Assembly (NCBI RefSeq): GCF_902713615.1
Contig: NC_052172.1
Span: 11,636,185 to 11,700,184, forward strand
Origin: Scyliorhinus canicula
Lineage: Eukaryota
DNA: 64,000 nt
Direction: 5' to 3'
Part shown: piece by piece, positions 59,386 through 64,000 of the stretch
Numbering within the stretch: the stretch's first letter is position 1
How the letters are laid out: each line of letters opens with the position of its first letter
The notes under the pieces: generated by a model
The model's input: only the letters and a program-made list of their open reading frames with translations
Told to the model about the DNA's origin: nothing
The model's database searches: none
Position numbers and translations under genes: made by a program

Positions 59386-59606
59386 GGCAGGACCTGGTCA
59401 AGCCACCTTTGGACCTCAGGCTGATAAATTTGACCATCCCGTGGCTACGACTCTTTTCGCTGGTCAGTTCGCTCCAAGGTCAGGGCATCGAGGGTCAGAG
59501 ATCCGGCACTTGCATAGGGGGGGAAAAAGAGCACATCAGTCCGGCTTACAATTCCAAAAACTAGTCCTCCATCTGGGTGACGAATAGGTGGGAGAGACGG
59601 TGGAGT

Positions 59607-61897
59607 GGAAGGGGGAAAGCGGGGGGGGGGGGGGGGGGGGGGGGGAGTTGGGGGAAAGCGGGGGAGTTGGGGGAAAGCGGGGGGGGGAGTTGGGGGAAAG
59701 CGGGGGGGGGGGGGAGTTGGGGGAAAGCGGGGGGGGGGGAGTTGGGGGAAAGCGGGGGGGGAGTTGGGGGAAAGCGGGGGGGGGAGTTGGGGGAAAGCGG
59801 GGGGGAGTTGGGGGAAAGCGGGGGGGGAGTTGGGGGAAAGCGGGGGGGTTGGGGAAAAGCGGGGGGGGTTGGGGAAAAGCTGGTGGGGTTGGGGAAAGCT
59901 GGGGGGGTTGGGGAAAGCTGGGGGGGTTGGGGAAAGCTGGGGGGGTTGGGGAAAGCTGGGGGGGTTGGGGAAAGCTGGGGGGGGTGGGGGAAAGCTGGGG
60001 GGTTGGGGGAAAGCTGGGGGGTTGGGGGAAAGCTGGGGGGGTTGGGGGAAAGCTGGGGGGGTTGGGGGAAAGCTGGGGGGGTTGGGGGAAAGCTGGGGAG
60101 GTGGTTGGGGGAAAGCGGGGGGGGGTTGGGGGAAAGCGGGGGGGGTTGGGGGAAAGCGGGGGGGGTTGGGGGGAAAGCGGGGGGGGTTGGGGGAAAGCGG
60201 GGGGGGGTTGGGGGAAAGCGGGGGGGGTTGGGGGAAAGCGGGGGGGGTGGGGGAAAGCGGGGGGGGTGGGGGGAAAGCGGGGGGGGGGGGGGGTTGGGGG
60301 AAAGCGGGGGGGGGGAGTTGGGGGAAAGCGGGGGGGAGTGGGGGAAAGCGGGGGGGGAGTTGGGGGAAGCGGGGGGGAGTTGGGGGAAAGCGGGGGGGAG
60401 TTGGGGGAAAGCGGGGGGGAGTGGGGGAAAGCGGGGGGGTTGGGGAAAAGCGGGGGGGGTGGGGGAAAAGCTGGTGGGGTTGGGGAAAGCTGGGGGGGTT
60501 GGGGAAAGCTGGGGGGGTTGGGGAAAGCTGGGGGGGTTGGGGAAAGCTGGGGGGGTTGGGGGAAAGCTGGGGGGTTGGGGGGAAGCTGGGGGGGTTGGGG
60601 GAAAGCTGGGGGGGTTGGGGGAAAGCTGGGGGGGTTGGGGGAAAGCTGGGGGGGTTGGGGGAAAGCTGGGGAGGTGGTTGGGGGAAAGCGGGGGGGGTTG
60701 GGGGAAAGCGGGGGGGGTTGGGGGAAAGCGGGGGGGGGGGGGGGGGAAAGCGGGGGGGGGTTGGGGGAAAGCGGGGGGGATTGGGGGAAAGCGGGGGGGG
60801 TTGGGGGAAAGCGGGGGGGTTGGGGGAAAGCGGGGGGGGGGGTTGGGGGAAAGCGGGGGGGGGGTGGGGGGAAAGCGGGGGGGGGGTGGGGGGGAAAGCG
60901 GGGGGGGTTGGGGGGAAAGCGGGGGGGGTTGGGGGAAAGCGGGGGGGGTTGGGGAAAGCGGGGGGGGTTGGGGGAAAGCGGGGGGGGGGGGGTTGGGGGG
61001 ACGCGGGGGGGGTGGGGGAACGCGGGGGGGGTTGGGGGAAAGCGGGGGGGGGGTTGGGGGAAAGCGGGGGGGTTGAGGGAAAGCGGGGGGGTTGGGGGAA
61101 AGCGGGGGGGGGGTTGGGGGAAAGCGGGGGGGGTTGGGGGAAAGCGGGGGGGGTTGGGGGAAAGCGGGGGGTTGGGGGAAAGCGGGGGGGTTGGGGGAGA
61201 GAGGGGAGGGGGTTGGGGGAAAGTGGGGGGGGCAGTGGGGGAGTTGGGGAAGTGGGGGGGCTGGGGGGAATTGGGGGGGTTGGGGGAAAGCGGGGGGGTT
61301 GGGGGAAAGCGGGGGAGGGTTGGGGGAAAGCGGGGGAGGGTTGGGGGAAAGCGGGGGAGCAGTGGGGGGGTTGGGGAAGCGGGGGGGGCAGGGGGGGGGG
61401 TTGGGGGAAGTGGGGGGAAGGGGAAGTGGGGGGTTGGGGGGAAGCGGGGGGGTTGGGGGGAAGCGGGGGGCAGTGGGGTGGGTTGGGGAAGTTGGGGGGG
61501 GCAGTGGGGGGGGGGCTGGGGAAGTTGGGGGGGCAGTGGGGGGGGGCTGGGGAAGTTGGGCGGGCAGTGGGGGGGGCTGGGGAAGTTGGGCGGGCAGTGG
61601 GGGGGGCTGGGGAAGTGGGGGGCAGTGGGGGGGGGGGTTGGGGGGAAGCGGGGGGGCAGTGGGGGGGTTGGGGGGAAGCGGGGGGGCAGTGGGGGGGTTG
61701 GGGGGAAGCGGGGGGGCAGTGGGGGGGGTTAGGGGGAAACGGGGGGGTTAGGGGGAAACGGGGGGGGCAGTGGGGGGGTTGGGGGGCAGTGGGGGGGTTG
61801 GGGGGAAGCGGGGGGGAAAGCGGGGGGCAGTGGGGGGGGTTGGGGGGAAGAGGGGGGCAGTGGGGGGGTTGGGGGGAAACGGGGGGGGATTGGGGGG
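59607..61897. repeat. G-rich minisatellite ~(GGGGGAAAGC(T)GGGGGGGTT)n, ~2.3 kb
   Basis: Directly visible. Confidence 0.95.
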
Positions 61898-62312
61898 CGT
61901 TTTCCCGTGGGGGGAGGCTCACGTGAGGCGGGGCGGGGCTCTTTGTCCCGCTTCGCCGAGTGGCAGGTGACGGGGGCCAATCGGAGAGCAGCCGGCGGGC
62001 GGAGCTGACCAATCAGGGTGAGGAGGGAAGGCGGGATTTCCGGTCAGGCTCGGGGCCAGCGGCGCTGTCCGGCGGTTGGAATCCGGGACAATCCGCCTCC
62101 ATCGGTAATTTCCCGGCGCCATCGGCGGTCCCGAGCCCGCTGGGCGGCCTCCAAACTGCGCACACCGTGGGTGCCGGAATATATCGCGGCCCAAACCCTT
62201 GGCCCGCGGCCTTACCCGGAGAGCAGCGCTCTTACCGTCTAGCCGGAGCGGCCACTGGGGGCGGAGGACGGAGAAGGTTCCGCCGCCGGCTGCCAACTTC
62301 CGGTTGGTGCAG
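61898..62312. promoter_or_regulatory. CpG-island, probably bidirectional promoter (ACTMAP plus a divergent gene)
   Basis: CpG-rich; TCACGTGA (61919-61926), GC box, CCAAT at 61977 and 62009, several CCGGAA/TTCCGG ETS cores. Confidence 0.7.
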
Positions 62313-62317
62313 GGAAT

Positions 62318-63325
62318 GGGGTTAGGGGGGCCTGCCCTGTGTCTGGGGTTAGGGGGGCCTGCCCTGTGTCTGGGGTTAGGGGGGCCTGCCCTGTGTCTGG
62401 GGTTAGGGGGGCCTGCCCTGTGTCTGGGGTTAGGGGGGCCTGCCCTGTGTCTGGGGTTAGGGGGGCCTGCCCTGTGTCTGGGGTTAGGGGGGCCTGCCCT
62501 GTGTCTGGGGTTAGGGGGGCCTGCCCTGTGTCTGGGGTTAGGGGGGCCTGCCCTGTGTCTGGGGTTAGGGGGGCCTGCCCTGTGTCTGGGGTTAGGGGGG
62601 CCTGCCCTGTGTCTGGGGTTAGGGGGGCCTGCCCTGTGTCTGGGGTTAGGGGGGCCTGTCCTGTGTCTGGGGGGAATGGGGTTAGAGGCAATGCCCTGTG
62701 TCTGGGGGGAATGGGGTTAGGGGGGCCTGCCCTGTGTCTGGGGGGAATGGGGTTAGGGGGGCCTGCCCTGTGTCTGGGGGGAATGGGGTTAGGGGGGCCT
62801 GTGTCTGGGGGGAATGGGGTTAGGGGGGCCTGCCCTGTGTCTGGGGGGAATGGGGTTAGGGGGGCCTGCCCTGTGTCTGGGGGGAATGGGGTTAGGGGGG
62901 CCTGTGTCTGGGGGGAATGGGGTTAGGGGGGCCTGCCCTGTGTCTGGGGGGAATGGGGTTAGGGGGTCTGCCCTGTGTCTGGGGGGGAATGGGGTTAGAG
63001 GGAATGCCCTGTGTCTGGGGGGAATGGGGTTAGGAGGCCTTGCCCTGTGTCTGGGGGGAGGGGAATGGGTTTAGGAGGCCTTGCCCTGTGTCTGGAGGAG
63101 GGGTAGGGGACCTGCCCTGTGTCCGGGGGGGGGGGGGGGGGGGGGAATGGGGTTAGATGGCCTTGCCCTGTGTCTGGGGTTAGGAGACCTGCCCTGTGTC
63201 TGGGGTTAGGAGACCTGCCCTGTGTCTGGGGTTAGGAGACCTGCCCTGTGTCTGGGGTTAGGAGACCTGCCCTGTGTCTGGGGAGGGGAATGAGGTTAGG
63301 GGGTCTTGCCCTGTGTCTGGGGGGG
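62318..63325. repeat. 27-bp minisatellite GGGGTTAGGGGGGCCTGCCCTGTGTCT and derivatives
   Basis: About 12 near-perfect copies, then diverged units. Confidence 0.95.
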
Positions 63326-63979
63326 GGGGGAATCCTGCCTTGTCTCCATGGGTCATATCCGCCCTGGCTCCCATCTTTCCCCTATCCCTGAATCGACCCT
63401 ATGCTGTAACCCGTTGCAGCCTGCAAGCGGTATTAGTTGGCTGGGTTTGGTAGTGGCAGGCAGCCTGGCTCTCTTTGAAAGCAAATTATTGCGGATGCTG
63501 GAAAATCCCTGCAGTCTGGCAGCATCTGCAAGGAGAAGAAAAAGCTAAACCAAGGGTCATCTGGACTTGAAACGTTAGCTCTTTTTTCTCTCTACAGATG
63601 CTGCCAGACCTGCTGAGATTTTCCAGCATTTTCCCTTTTGGAGCCTGGCTCTCTGTTGTCTTTTTACAGTGCAGAAAGAGGCCAGGGTGGGCTTGCTTCA
63701 GTCTGCTTGTACAGAATTTACAGTGCAGAAAGAGGCCAGGGCTTGCTTCAATGTTCTGGTTGTGTTTTGCTGATTAACTTTAGGCCTCCTGTTTCTTGGT
63801 CTGGGCCAAAAACGATTTCAGATTTATCGAATTTCATGATTTACCACAGTTGGATTTGATTTCATGACTTTTAAGTAGCGTTTAAAACCGTGAGGTTTAC
63901 CTACTGCAGTTGAAGAGCTTATTTTGCAGAGTGACTGCTGAGACTTGCTTTGATTTCTACTTTTTTCTCTTATTTTCAG

Positions 63980-64000
63980 TTAACGTCAGTGGAGAGCCAT
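63980..64000 (+). other. Probable start of an exon of a divergent + strand gene, cut off by the window edge
   Basis: Strong polypyrimidine tract plus CAG acceptor ending at 63979; the window ends GCCAT, which could be a Kozak gccATG. Confidence 0.4.

Noticed and set aside
59445-63074. Pro-rich and Gly-rich ORFs up to 855 aa (extensin/collagen-like)
   Set aside because: They are artefacts of G-rich tandem repeats.

Overview
This is vertebrate genomic DNA, most likely from a shark or other elasmobranch, inferred from the many HE1-type V-SINEs and HER1/CR1-type LINE tails. Three host genes can be reconstructed. GEMIN7 has a single coding exon (312-692, +). YIF1B has 8 coding exons (19348-33600, +, 299 aa). 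ACTMAP/C19orf54 has 6 coding exons (59385-45494, -, 320 aa) and one U12-type minor intron. A CpG-rich promoter at ~61.9-62.3 kb and a + strand splice acceptor at the window end suggest a divergent gene, possibly SNRPA by analogy with human. The rest is mostly transposable elements. The main ones are a decayed, 3'-truncated endogenous retrovirus-like element (2311-~9200; LTR, tRNA-Arg PBS, coiled-coil Gag, PR-RT-tether-RNase H-IN; possibly a deep-branching lokiretrovirus-like lineage) and a TSD-bounded L1-clade LINE (35525-43865, -) with nested insertions. There are also Rex1/Babar, CR1, L2 and Penelope fragments, minimal hammerhead ribozyme motifs, two hAT MITEs and several large minisatellites. 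The very long ORFs at 28.8-30.6, 35.7-39.2 and 59.4-63.1 kb are repeat artefacts. All homology calls are from recalled sequences and motifs, not from database searches.
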